IMG/VR virus record: IMGVR_UViG_3300032317_000216
Location: 32,001 to 96,000 of that record
Source of the DNA: a virus
Lineage: Duplodnaviria > Caudoviricetes
Reading direction: 5' to 3' (one strand)
Length of the DNA stretch: 64,000 nucleotides
The position numbers were made by a program, and so were the translations under genes. This document shows positions 9,087 through 18,951 of this stretch, piece after piece. Each line of letters begins with the position of its first letter. The first letter of the stretch is position 1. The notes beneath the pieces were generated by a model. That model saw nothing but the letters and a program-made list of their open reading frames with translations. It did not search any database and was not told the DNA's origin.

Positions 9087-10034
9087 ATGAATACTGATAA
9101 TAAGCTTATATTTGAGGCATACTATAAGAAACTTTTAAATGAATTAGACTATGGAGCCTCGGATTTTGGTGGATCATTTGGTCCAGTTGTGCGCAAAGCT
9201 AAAGCAGGAGAGCTTCCAGGCAAAGGTTATCTCATAGGTAGCATAGCAGATAGTTTGAATATTTCTGCAGAAGAAGCAGCTAACAAATTGACTAGTGCCG
9301 TCTTTGCTCATCTTTTTAAACAACAGAAAGCAACTGTTGCAGGCAAGGAAGTTGAATTTTACAACCCAGCGAAAAACAAAGACCAATTCATGGTTGCAAT
9401 GAAAACTGCAGTGGGCAAAGCCATTGAGTCTCTAAAGAAAGAATATCCTAATATGAGAGTACCTGGAAGTGAAGCAATTAGAGGATATACAGCCCGAGTG
9501 CTTGCTAATGCAGGTGAATTTATTACAGATGTTGTGCAAACTAAAGTGGGCATGATAGCACCTGTGACATCATCCAAAGATCTCAAGGTTGCAATAGTCA
9601 AAGCTGAGACACCAAGAGTAGATAATGTTGTTAAGAGCAGTACAGAAGATGTCTATATAAGAGGCAATGCTCGTTTTATTTCTGAGTTTCAAAAAGTTTT
9701 TTCTGAGATGCCTGATGAAATAACAGTTAAAAATGGAGAAGATTTCTACAAGTCAGATGCGTTTAAGGATGCAGTCAAAGATGCAATAATGCAGGCATAT
9801 GATGTAAAGAAAGCGGGTGATAAAGATTTTTATGATGATTTAGTTAGCTCTCTAGAGGCAAAAAGCGCTTACGGGATTTCAACTGCTAAAAAAGAGCAGG
9901 AAGGTGAAGGCACAGGTGAAATGCCTACAATAGAAGGTGAAGTTGAGCAAACACCTGTGGAGATTCTTCAAGATCTAGGAACATGGAGCAGAGATTCAGG
10001 GTTTGATCAATACGATAAATATAGCTCCTACTAA
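9087..10034 (+). CDS. hypothetical late protein, possible internal head protein
   Basis: 315 aa; TAAATA upstream; N-terminus MNTDNKLIFEAY..LLNE has (I/L)xE prohead-protease-type sites. Confidence 0.6.
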   Translation: MNTDNKLIFEAYYKKLLNELDYGASDFGGSFGPVVRKAKAGELPGKGYLIGSIADSLNISAEEAANKLTSAVFAHLFKQQKATVAGKEVEFYNPAKNKDQFMVAMKTAVGKAIESLKKEYPNMRVPGSEAIRGYTARVLANAGEFITDVVQTKVGMIAPVTSSKDLKVAIVKAETPRVDNVVKSSTEDVYIRGNARFISEFQKVFSEMPDEITVKNGEDFYKSDAFKDAVKDAIMQAYDVKKAGDKDFYDDLVSSLEAKSAYGISTAKKEQEGEGTGEMPTIEGEVEQTPVEILQDLGTWSRDSGFDQYDKYSSY

Positions 10035-10080
10035 ATAACACCATCTAGTTTTTATTATATACTTGTAATAAGTAGTTTGA

Positions 10081-11067
10081 GTGAAAGTTAAAATTGTAGG
10101 CTGCGGGCTTTCAGGTGTAACGGCAGCAATCTTATTAAGCAAAAAAGGCCATTGTGTAGAAATATTTGAATCCAGAAACCACATTGGTGGTAACTGTTAC
10201 GATAGCAATGTTGCAGGGACTTTAGTTCATAATTATGGGCCACATTGTTTTCATACAAATGATGATGATGTTTATAACTTTTTATGTGACTACACTGATT
10301 GGCTAGATTTTGAATTAAGACCAAAAGGTAATACTGAGTTAGGGCTTATCTCATTACCTTACAGTAAGACAACAATACAAGAGCTGGGAAGAGAATTGTC
10401 ACAAGAAGAAATTACAGAGTATATTTTTAAGGGATATTCTGAAAAACAATGGGGAATCCCGTTTGATGAAATTCCTAAGAGTATAACTAATAGAATACCA
10501 AAAACAGCAGATAAAGTGAACCCTACTTGGGCAGAAGGTGAAAAATATCAATGCATACCTCTTAAAGGTTATACGGAAATGTTTAAGAATATGTTAGAAA
10601 ATATTACAGTTAATTTAAGTGTAAAGAATGAAGATTGGAGAAAGTATGAAGCAGACCTAACAATTTATACAGGTAAGATAGATGAGTATTTTAACTATTG
10701 TTATGGAAGATTGCCTTATAGGTCGCTAACTTTTGAGCACACTATGAGTTATAATAGAATGAAGACATTTATAATAAATCAAAATAAAAAAGATGTCCCT
10801 TATACAAGAATGTATGATCATAGCTATTTTACTTTTAACCATAAGGGCCCAACTATAATAACTAAAGAATATTCAATAAAACATACAGAAGATAATATAC
10901 CGTTTTATCCAATGCCATTTGGTGATGGTATTGAACTATATAACAAATATAACGAGCTTGCTAAGAAAGAGAAAAATGTTGTATTTGTTGGTCGACTAGC
11001 TACTTACAAATATCTTGATATGTGGATGGCCATAAAACAAGCAATGCAAAAAGTAGCGTTAATTTAA
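10081..11067 (+). CDS. glf: UDP-galactopyranose mutase
   Basis: VGCGLSG FAD motif, HIGGNCYD, HNYGPHCFHT, YSEKQWG, LPYRSL, PFYP, GRLATYKYLDM. Confidence 0.92.
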   Translation: MKVKIVGCGLSGVTAAILLSKKGHCVEIFESRNHIGGNCYDSNVAGTLVHNYGPHCFHTNDDDVYNFLCDYTDWLDFELRPKGNTELGLISLPYSKTTIQELGRELSQEEITEYIFKGYSEKQWGIPFDEIPKSITNRIPKTADKVNPTWAEGEKYQCIPLKGYTEMFKNMLENITVNLSVKNEDWRKYEADLTIYTGKIDEYFNYCYGRLPYRSLTFEHTMSYNRMKTFIINQNKKDVPYTRMYDHSYFTFNHKGPTIITKEYSIKHTEDNIPFYPMPFGDGIELYNKYNELAKKEKNVVFVGRLATYKYLDMWMAIKQAMQKVALI

Positions 11068-11799
11068 TTTTTTACAGTTATATTTCTTCCAGGGTATTGT
11101 AATTTTATAATTGACAGGGTCTATATAACCTGCATCGAGAAACCCTTTGATTCTGAGTGAACACGCTGTGCATTCACCACAAGCTTCTTCAGCGCCTTCA
11201 TAGCAAGTCCATGTGTTATTAAAATTTACTCCAAGCTTAACACCAAGCTTAATAATTTCTGCTTTTGATTTGTCAATTAATGGTGCTAATACTTTAATTC
11301 TATTTCTACGATTCAAGTCACTGACTTTGTTAATTTGATCTAAAAACTCAATACTACCATCCCAAAAGCCTGCAACACTATCAGCTTGAGCAGCTCCGTG
11401 AAAAACTACTGAAGCTCCAGTACTCTCTGCTATGCCTAAAGAAATGCTCAAAAGCATTAAATTCCTGAATGGTACATAATTAACTGTCTGTGGATCGCCC
11501 ATAACATCCTTGGCTTTTGCAACTGCAATATTATTGTTAGTTAACGCAGATGTTTGACAAATATCCTTAAAGAAAGGTATTTTTATGAATCTGTAATCAA
11601 CTTGTTGCTTGAGACTCTCAACTTGGAATGAAGCGCAATTTAGTTCTTTTTCACGGTGCTTTTGACCATAATCAAAGCTTACAGCCACAATATCATCATA
11701 CTTGTCAGCTGCATAATGTAGCAGGACAGTGCTGTCCATGCCACCTGAGATAGGAACGACTGCTTTACTCGACTGGTGTTTCTTCAGTTGGCGCTTCAT
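11059..11799 (-). CDS. queC: 7-cyano-7-deazaguanine (preQ0) synthase
   Basis: SGGMDST, FDYGQKH, YVPFRN, TWTCY..G...CGECTACSLR zinc site. Confidence 0.93.
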   Translation of the reverse strand: MKRQLKKHQSSKAVVPISGGMDSTVLLHYAADKYDDIVAVSFDYGQKHREKELNCASFQVESLKQQVDYRFIKIPFFKDICQTSALTNNNIAVAKAKDVMGDPQTVNYVPFRNLMLLSISLGIAESTGASVVFHGAAQADSVAGFWDGSIEFLDQINKVSDLNRRNRIKVLAPLIDKSKAEIIKLGVKLGVNFNNTWTCYEGAEEACGECTACSLRIKGFLDAGYIDPVNYKITIPWKKYNCKKLN

Positions 11800-12883
11800 T
11801 AGTATTGTATTTGTATTCTTGTTCTAAGCGCTTGTCGAGTTCTGGAATAATAAACTCCTCGTAGAAAGCGGGGTCCTTAGCAAATGTCTTTGCGTAACCT
11901 AGTTTATCACCTTTTTTATACTTACCACTGGTAATACCAACTGTATATGTGGCACCGTTTTGTTCGATGATACCTCTTGCAACTGCCATGCCTAGCAAAC
12001 CACTATATTTGTTAAGTCCAGTTTTAAAAGAAAGATACATCTCTGTCTCTAAAAAAGGTGGAAGAAAGCGATTCTTAACAGTCAGGGCTCTCAAAGTTGT
12101 ACCTGAGTATTTGTTAGCTTCTGCAAGCTTCTTGTCATCGGCATCCATGGAATCACCTTCACCCTCTTTCTCATGTCGTTTAGCCAGCTGCACAAGAATA
12201 CTGGCCATGTATACAGGTCCCGAGCCGCCTGCTTGGTTTTTCACTAAGCTAGGGAACATTGAAGCTGGGTCTTCATATGTATGATTAGTAAACAAAATAG
12301 TAACGCCTGCTTTGGCTGCTTTAAAGGTTAAAGTACGGAACATACTTTTCAGAGACTTTGCACGGAGACCCATATCTGATGCAGATTTATCCTTTGCAAC
12401 GTCATCCAATTCTTTCTGAGAAGCAAGGTTGCCTAAGCTATCAATACTAATAATGAACTTGCCTCTAGCGTTGTTCTCAATTACGCTATCAAGAAAAGCA
12501 CTAATCTGATTACGGCACTGATCAATAGTGTCTACTGGTACATATTTTGTGCCTTCTGGATCTAGCCCAACTCCCTTTGTACTATTCTCATCGATCGCGA
12601 TTTCAGTATCAAATATTACGGGTGTGAGGCCTTTCTTCTGAGCAGTAGCAAGGATCTTATTAACAATAAATGTCTTGCCAGTCTGACTAGGACCAGAGAA
12701 ACCAGTTATTCTGCCCTTAGGTACACCACCACTGCGACAACTGCCACCGAGAATAGCGTTAAGAGCATAGCATCCTGTATCAAACCACTCATCAACTTTA
12801 CTAAGTGCATTTTCATTTAACATTGATGCTTCGCTGTTTAGCTTATCAAGCGAGGCAAATATTTTACTAAGGTCTTTGCTCAT
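11765..12883 (-). CDS. uvsX: RecA-like recombinase
   Basis: DTGCYALN, GPSQTGKT, FDTE, IDSLGNL, DMGLRAK, TNHTY, GGSG, KNRF. Confidence 0.92.
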   Translation of the reverse strand: MSKDLSKIFASLDKLNSEASMLNENALSKVDEWFDTGCYALNAILGGSCRSGGVPKGRITGFSGPSQTGKTFIVNKILATAQKKGLTPVIFDTEIAIDENSTKGVGLDPEGTKYVPVDTIDQCRNQISAFLDSVIENNARGKFIISIDSLGNLASQKELDDVAKDKSASDMGLRAKSLKSMFRTLTFKAAKAGVTILFTNHTYEDPASMFPSLVKNQAGGSGPVYMASILVQLAKRHEKEGEGDSMDADDKKLAEANKYSGTTLRALTVKNRFLPPFLETEMYLSFKTGLNKYSGLLGMAVARGIIEQNGATYTVGITSGKYKKGDKLGYAKTFAKDPAFYEEFIIPELDKRLEQEYKYNTNEAPTEETPVE

Positions 12884-12889
12884 AGGTCT

Positions 12890-12918
12890 AGTATATTAGA
12901 CACAATTGATAATATCAA
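12890..12918 (-). promoter_or_regulatory. promoter TTGATA-N17-TATACT, 6 nt before the uvsX ATG
   Basis: Read directly from the sequence. Confidence 0.7.
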
Positions 12919-12921
12919 CTA

Positions 12922-13269
12922 TTATTCGTCAAAAAGCTTAATTACTTTTTGATCATCGCCGCCTGCTGCAGCAACAGTAGAGAATAGCTTGTTGTACTGT
13001 TCAAGAAGCCGGGCATCGTTTTCAACATCTAAACCCACAACAATAGTAGCTTTATTAAACTTCCAAGTTGTACCAGCATTCTTGTTGCGTTCAGAAACAA
13101 ACTCTCTAAAATAAAGAGGAATGGTCTGTACATTTAGTTGTCCTTGCTGTGTAGGCTGTACATGAATAATAGCAGGGTTCTTAACAGTGAGAGTCTTGTC
13201 ATTGCTCTCGACTTCCTCTGCAATAATTGTTCTACCAATGTGATCAATAAAAGTTGTAATTTTGTTCAT
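12922..13269 (-). CDS. hypothetical protein (small, beta-rich) between gp43 and uvsX
   Basis: 115-aa ORF with its own TTGATT-N16-TAATAT promoter. Confidence 0.65.
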   Translation of the reverse strand: MNKITTFIDHIGRTIIAEEVESNDKTLTVKNPAIIHVQPTQQGQLNVQTIPLYFREFVSERNKNAGTTWKFNKATIVVGLDVENDARLLEQYNKLFSTVAAAGGDDQKVIKLFDE

Positions 13270-13299
13270 ATCGATATATTATAATATCTTTTTTAAAAA

Positions 13300-15885
13300 T
13301 CAAGCACCTAAAAGTTCAAAAAGATCAGTTTGTACTTGTGAGCCAGGAGATGTCAGCTTCCAATTAACAGCTTCATAAAATCTCTCCATTACAGAAAAGA
13401 TAATCTTTTCAAACATCTTTTCTCTATCAGGCTCAAAGCTTTCAATAAATTCTTTTGGAAAATAGTATTTATACCCTAAGATTGATAAGCCGTATCTGTT
13501 GGGCTGCCGCACATAAAAAAACCTCACCTTATCTCCTGAACTAATTTTTTCGTACTTTTTATCCAGCTTAAACTTATCTAGAAGTAGGTTATGGTAATAT
13601 GCAGCTTTAACGTGAATAGGCATATGTTTTGCAGTAGAAAAATTATCGCACTGAGCGGCATATTTTTCATACCCCTTGCACCCCATAACAAACGCAATTT
13701 CATCAATTGATAATCCTTTGAAAAGATCATATGTTTCTGTAAATGCTTTGTTTGTTTCCGTGAGGCTCTTTGTCATTAACATTGTTTCAATAATACGCTT
13801 GACATGGGGTTTGATGGCCTTAGGCATGGTAGTACGCACAACTTCAACACCAGTGTATTTGAATTTATCACACGGAATACCTTCTTCATCTAGAATATGA
13901 AGAACATATCTTTTCTTCTGTAGAAACAGGCCAACATCAGCTATTACTTCACGCTTGAACATTAACCGGCAATCAGTTGAATTGAGAGCAGTAGCTCCCC
14001 ATTTCTTAATCTCGGTATTTAAATAATCTTCAATATCTTGCACAGTCTTGTAATACTCATCTGTTATCTTACCATTTTTATTGAGCATCTTGATGTTGAG
14101 CTGTTTTACAAGAGCTTTAATTGAAATATAGCTTGAATCTGTGTCGTTATAAATGATCGGGGTATCATTTGTAATATCTTGATCAGTTAGGTTAGCCTTA
14201 CTTTTGATATAGTCTATGAGTAACTTGTTGGAGTGTTTGATTACAGCTTGACCGGTGAGTGTGATCGATTCTGCGAGTTCATCATCACCTAACGGACTGT
14301 GCTTGTTGCCAAAGTATCCGTAGATTGTATTAATCAGAATCTTAATAGTGTGTTGTTGAATATTTAGGTTGTCTGACTGGTTCTTTGTTTGTATATATTC
14401 AGGGTCATCTTTCTTGAGAATAGAAAGCTTCTTCTTTACAACTTTGAATTGTTTTTTAAGAGCAACCCGCTTTTCATAGTAATGATCAACGGTTTCAGGT
14501 ATGATACCTTTTTGTTTCTGTGAAAACAAAACTTTAGCTTTAGAGATTGCTATCTCTTCTTTCTTTATGAATTTAACAAAATTATCTTTAGACAGAGTAA
14601 ATGTCTGACCATTAACATGTTTGATAGTAACATCATTGTCGGTTTTATCAATGATAACTCCAACCTTTGTCTCCGGGGAGAGGTTTAGTGTAATCATCAC
14701 ATTAGGGTATAGACTGTTTGCATCAAATGAGACAACATTCTCTTGAAACCCTTTCTTGGGTTCACCTACATATGCACCAGCATTCTGTTCATCACTGTCT
14801 CTTCCTTTGTTAAAAGTTGGGATGCGTAAGTTGCGATGTCGGGCTCGAATTGCTGCTAATCCTGTAATTACTGAAAGTGACCCAAGAGCACCTTCAAATG
14901 TGGTAAGCCCTGCATATGCTATCATTCTAAGTAGCTGAAGATATTGCAGTTTTTCTTCTAAGCGAATAAGAAGATTAACGTCTTGAATATTGTAGTCAAC
15001 AAATAATTCCCAGTTTTCATCTGCAAGACTAGCCAGATTAGTATCACCATAATCAATCTTATTTTCGCCCAGTTCTGTCTCACCAATTGAATCTAGTTTG
15101 TAAGATTCTCGCAATACGGGGCAGAATCGCTTGTAGATATCTAGATAATCTACACATGATACACCTTCAATGTGCCAATGCACCTGCTCTCTACCAAACT
15201 TGCCAGTAAATGTAATGGGTCTTATGATGCCCACAGGGGATAATCTTTTTGAAGCATCTTCACCAAGGATGCGCGCAATTCTATTTACAATATAAGGAAT
15301 GTCAAAGAATTCAGAATTCCATCCAGATAAAATATCTGGATAATCAGATTGAAAGTATTTTAAGAATTTCTCCAATAATTCCTTTTCTGTTGTGCACTTA
15401 AAATAAAGCCCATTGTCATTTTTCTTTGAATAAGATTTGATACCCCATGTTATAAACTGCTTTTTAAGAGAATCATAGACTGTAATAACATTGATAGGAT
15501 GCTGAGGGTCGCTTGGTATCGGGAATTCATCAGGACTATATGTCTCAATGTCTATGAAGAGCACTCTGATTGGAAATTTATTGAATTCTTCTTTCTCATT
15601 ATTCTGCCAATAGGTATCAATAAGAAACTGCTGCTGCACATTAAGGTTCTCAAATACTCTCTCAATTTTGTTGTCCTTGAGAAACCGGTATCGTTCAGCC
15701 TGGTTTTTAAATCTTTTCTTTTTTAACTTGGTGTTAAAAATACTATAAACATCTTCTTTGTTGTTGGTTTCTAAATAGATGTATGGTTCAAAGGTGGTGT
15801 CGTATGATACACGATTACCGTTTTCATCCCAAGTAAAAAGACGTATTGCCTGCTCCCGTGGTATATATGCTACATTTCTAAACAC
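13300..15885 (-). CDS. family B DNA polymerase (T4 gp43)
   Basis: Exonuclease DIET, GWNSEFFD and YNIQD; polymerase SFDANSLYP, KILINTIYG, YNDTDS, KKRY. Confidence 0.96.
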   Translation of the reverse strand: MFRNVAYIPREQAIRLFTWDENGNRVSYDTTFEPYIYLETNNKEDVYSIFNTKLKKKRFKNQAERYRFLKDNKIERVFENLNVQQQFLIDTYWQNNEKEEFNKFPIRVLFIDIETYSPDEFPIPSDPQHPINVITVYDSLKKQFITWGIKSYSKKNDNGLYFKCTTEKELLEKFLKYFQSDYPDILSGWNSEFFDIPYIVNRIARILGEDASKRLSPVGIIRPITFTGKFGREQVHWHIEGVSCVDYLDIYKRFCPVLRESYKLDSIGETELGENKIDYGDTNLASLADENWELFVDYNIQDVNLLIRLEEKLQYLQLLRMIAYAGLTTFEGALGSLSVITGLAAIRARHRNLRIPTFNKGRDSDEQNAGAYVGEPKKGFQENVVSFDANSLYPNVMITLNLSPETKVGVIIDKTDNDVTIKHVNGQTFTLSKDNFVKFIKKEEIAISKAKVLFSQKQKGIIPETVDHYYEKRVALKKQFKVVKKKLSILKKDDPEYIQTKNQSDNLNIQQHTIKILINTIYGYFGNKHSPLGDDELAESITLTGQAVIKHSNKLLIDYIKSKANLTDQDITNDTPIIYNDTDSSYISIKALVKQLNIKMLNKNGKITDEYYKTVQDIEDYLNTEIKKWGATALNSTDCRLMFKREVIADVGLFLQKKRYVLHILDEEGIPCDKFKYTGVEVVRTTMPKAIKPHVKRIIETMLMTKSLTETNKAFTETYDLFKGLSIDEIAFVMGCKGYEKYAAQCDNFSTAKHMPIHVKAAYYHNLLLDKFKLDKKYEKISSGDKVRFFYVRQPNRYGLSILGYKYYFPKEFIESFEPDREKMFEKIIFSVMERFYEAVNWKLTSPGSQVQTDLFELLGA

Positions 15886-15891
15886 TAAAAG

Positions 15892-15919
15892 ATTATATTA
15901 GGAAAAAAAATATTATCAA
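15892..15919 (-). promoter_or_regulatory. promoter TTGATA-N16-TATAAT, 6 nt before the gp43 GTG
   Basis: Read directly from the sequence. Confidence 0.7.
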
Positions 15920-17136
15920 GGATTAACTGTATTCAGATTGACACGTTCGGCAGCTTTGTATCCAAAATTGTATAGTTCATAGTATTTGTTTATGTTTTCT
16001 TCATTCTCCAAGAATCGTGTTTCTGCAATTTTTCTAGCCTTGGAACAAATATTCATATATTTGCCTTTCTTAGAGAGGGTCTCTTCAACCTGTGCAATCA
16101 TTTCATCGCCAGTTTTAAATTTAATTGGTGCCTCTTCATATGTGCAAAGATCTTGACATGCAATTGGAATACCGTAGCATGATGCCTCTATATACTTGAG
16201 ATCGCTTTTTGCTTTGTTAAACGTGCTATCTTGAAGAGGAGCAACCATCATATTGCATTTAAGGTTGTATATCTTTTCCGGATAGTTGTAGAGGTGTGAC
16301 CATGGATGAAATTCAATTTTGCCTGCCCTTATGAGTGGATTGAGTCTGAGAGGGAATGCACCAAGAAACACCCACTGAAACTTATCTGATGTCTTAGCTA
16401 TAACATCAAACACATGAGCAAAATCATCATTCTGGTTTACACGGTTATCAACGTCAAAATGTGCACCTGATCCAGCGTACAAAATACGGGGTTTCTTTTC
16501 ATATAAATCATAGTTTTCAGATATTTTTTTCTCACTATAAAAATTACCCATCCACCACTTGGGCGGGTAATTCGGTATTACAGTAACATTCTTATTATTT
16601 GTTTTTGATTTGTAATAGTCACGCATAAAGTTACAAGTGACTGTAACTTCATCACACATTTCCATTATCTCTTGGCAGTTTTTTCTAATAGAAGGATCCG
16701 TAAATGCTGGTTTGAACTTATTATACTCAGGAATATCCTCGCTAAAGACAAGATCATCAATCTCATATATAATTCTAAACCCCATTTGTTGAGAAATCTT
16801 TCTAAGATGTCTTACAAATTCAAGCTGGTGACTTGTAGCTTGTCTCTGTATTCTTACAGCTTTCACGCCTCTGTAATAGTTGGGATCAAGAACCATGACA
16901 GTACTGCCATGCATAACCATCTTCTGGTGCGCATTTAGCAGATGTTCTGGCCAAATCATTCTCCAGAACCCACATCCACTATAATCAGCATAATAGTTTA
17001 ATGCTCTACTAAGATTCATTTCCGGTGGAACAGGCAATTCACGGTTCACTGGAATAACGCCACCAGGAGTAGTTCCGAAGGGAGAAACAAACGGTGAAGC
17101 AAATGGAGAGGCAAAAGGACCTGGATGCATGTTCAT
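15916..17136 (-). CDS. GT-B fold glycosyltransferase
   Basis: GCGFWRM.WP, IQRQ, YEIDD, VIPN, YAGSGAH, APLQDSTFNKAKSDLKYIE (GT4-like C-terminal motif). Confidence 0.8.
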   Translation of the reverse strand: MNMHPGPFASPFASPFVSPFGTTPGGVIPVNRELPVPPEMNLSRALNYYADYSGCGFWRMIWPEHLLNAHQKMVMHGSTVMVLDPNYYRGVKAVRIQRQATSHQLEFVRHLRKISQQMGFRIIYEIDDLVFSEDIPEYNKFKPAFTDPSIRKNCQEIMEMCDEVTVTCNFMRDYYKSKTNNKNVTVIPNYPPKWWMGNFYSEKKISENYDLYEKKPRILYAGSGAHFDVDNRVNQNDDFAHVFDVIAKTSDKFQWVFLGAFPLRLNPLIRAGKIEFHPWSHLYNYPEKIYNLKCNMMVAPLQDSTFNKAKSDLKYIEASCYGIPIACQDLCTYEEAPIKFKTGDEMIAQVEETLSKKGKYMNICSKARKIAETRFLENEENINKYYELYNFGYKAAERVNLNTVNP

Positions 17137-17139
17137 ATA

Positions 17140-18951
17140 TTAATTACTGTATTCAATATAATCAACTTTACGAGTTATACCGTTACTCTTCTCAAGGAAG
17201 ATAATATCTCCTGTTGCGGCTTTGATGCTCTCTTTTCTATGACTAATAACCATGGCACACTCATCAAACTTTTCTACCCGTTCTTTGAGAATGTTAATAA
17301 CAAGCTCAACACCCTTTTCATCTAGAGAAGAGTCAAACAATTCATCATAAATAGAAAAATTAAATGATACATTGCCTTGTAGACGTCTAATGTCCATAAA
17401 AGCAAATAAACAAGCCAAGTCAACATTTTTACGCTCTGCGCCACTGAAATTGAAGTAAGAACATTCCTTACCTTTATCATCAACAACTGTTTCTTCAAAA
17501 TATTCGTTAAATGTGCATACACAATTTGCATCCATCTTCTTAAGGTAGTATGCAAGTTTTGTATTAAACAATTGCAGTATCTTTTTAACAATAAAGGATT
17601 TTACACCTTCTTCAGACATTATAAATTTAACTGTATCTAACTTATTTAAATTAGCTTTTATCTCATCAATTTGAAGTTTAGCAGCATCTTGCTTAGATAC
17701 ATTTTCATTAATTATATTATCAAAATTAGTAAAGTTTGATTCAATCTCTTTCAAGTCAACATCCAGCTCTTGCTGCCATTGATTGAGCTGCTTGAGGCGA
17801 TTAAGAAGAGAGTCTTTTTCTTGGTTCTGGAGCTCAATCTCATGTATTTTGGATTTAAAGTTGTCTATTTTTTCTAGTAATAAGCTTTTGGCAGATTTGT
17901 ATTTTTTTTCTTCGGTTTTAAGAGTTTCATTATCTACAAGAAAACCATCTATTTGTGTTTGTATTTTTTTCTTCTCTTCTTTGATATGGGTTTTATCTTT
18001 ATCTTCGATGCATCTCAAGCAAGTAGGACAAAGGTCAGCATCCGTACCAACATTTTTAATCTTTTTCTCAAATTCAGAAATAAGCGTTATATTGGTAGTA
18101 ATATCTGCTCTAATCTCATTAATTTTTTTATCTGCTTTTTCTATTTTAGAATCATTTTCATCAATATTTTTTTCTATATCAGTTTTACTTTTAGTAGAAA
18201 AAGTTTCAATACGTGTTTGTATTTCTTTAATTTCTTTTTCGTTATTGAGCTTACGTGCTTTGTACTTTTCTTGTTTCTTATCTCTTTCTTCAATAAATTT
18301 GTTTTTTTGTTTTTCAAGAGAGCTAAGATTCACACAAATTTCATCATATTTAGCAGAGAGAACATCAAACGTTTTGCGCTTATCATTAAGCTCATTCTTT
18401 GCTTCAGCAAGCATAGAGCCAAATATAGATAGATTAAAGATATCTTCAATAAATTTACGCTTCTCTTGCTTCTTTTTTGCCATGAAAGGAATAGTATTAT
18501 TCAGTGTCATGATAACACAGTTCTGAAAAATTTCTGTTGTACAATCAAATTTCTCCATTATAAAGCTGTTAGTATTTGCAATACTGTCTCTTGTTTTATC
18601 TTCACCATTAACAAAAATAAAGCACTTGGAAGGATCGAGAGTGCGTACAATTTGTATTTGTTCAGTGTTTGTTGGGGTTACAACTTCTGCTTCAAGAACA
18701 ACTTCACAGGTTTTTTTATTAATATTGTTAATAATAAATTCTTTCTTGAGATCGCGAAGAGTTTCACCAAAAACAGCAAAATAAATACTGTCAGCCACTG
18801 TAGACTTGCCAACGCCATTTCTTCTGTCTTCTTTATCCTTATTAATACCAGTTATAATATGAAGACCGGTTCTAAAGTCTATAACTACAGGCACATTACC
18901 TACCGATAGAAAATTCTTAATAGTGATTTTTTTAAAATTAATTTTTTTCAT
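17140..18951 (-). CDS. Rad50/SbcC-like recombination ATPase (T4 gp46)
   Basis: KNFLSVGN, NGVGKST, coiled coil with CPTC hook, FSGAE, DELFDSSLD, ISH. Confidence 0.95.
   Translation of the reverse strand: MKKINFKKITIKNFLSVGNVPVVIDFRTGLHIITGINKDKEDRRNGVGKSTVADSIYFAVFGETLRDLKKEFIINNINKKTCEVVLEAEVVTPTNTEQIQIVRTLDPSKCFIFVNGEDKTRDSIANTNSFIMEKFDCTTEIFQNCVIMTLNNTIPFMAKKKQEKRKFIEDIFNLSIFGSMLAEAKNELNDKRKTFDVLSAKYDEICVNLSSLEKQKNKFIEERDKKQEKYKARKLNNEKEIKEIQTRIETFSTKSKTDIEKNIDENDSKIEKADKKINEIRADITTNITLISEFEKKIKNVGTDADLCPTCLRCIEDKDKTHIKEEKKKIQTQIDGFLVDNETLKTEEKKYKSAKSLLLEKIDNFKSKIHEIELQNQEKDSLLNRLKQLNQWQQELDVDLKEIESNFTNFDNIINENVSKQDAAKLQIDEIKANLNKLDTVKFIMSEEGVKSFIVKKILQLFNTKLAYYLKKMDANCVCTFNEYFEETVVDDKGKECSYFNFSGAERKNVDLACLFAFMDIRRLQGNVSFNFSIYDELFDSSLDEKGVELVINILKERVEKFDECAMVISHRKESIKAATGDIIFLEKSNGITRKVDYIEYSN

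Noticed and set aside
17783-18909. Long plus-strand ORFs (247, 159 and 147 aa) opposite gp46, and similar shadow ORFs elsewhere
   Set aside because: They are antisense to well-supported genes, have Phe/Ser/Leu-rich composition mirroring Lys/Glu codons, and show no motifs or promoters.
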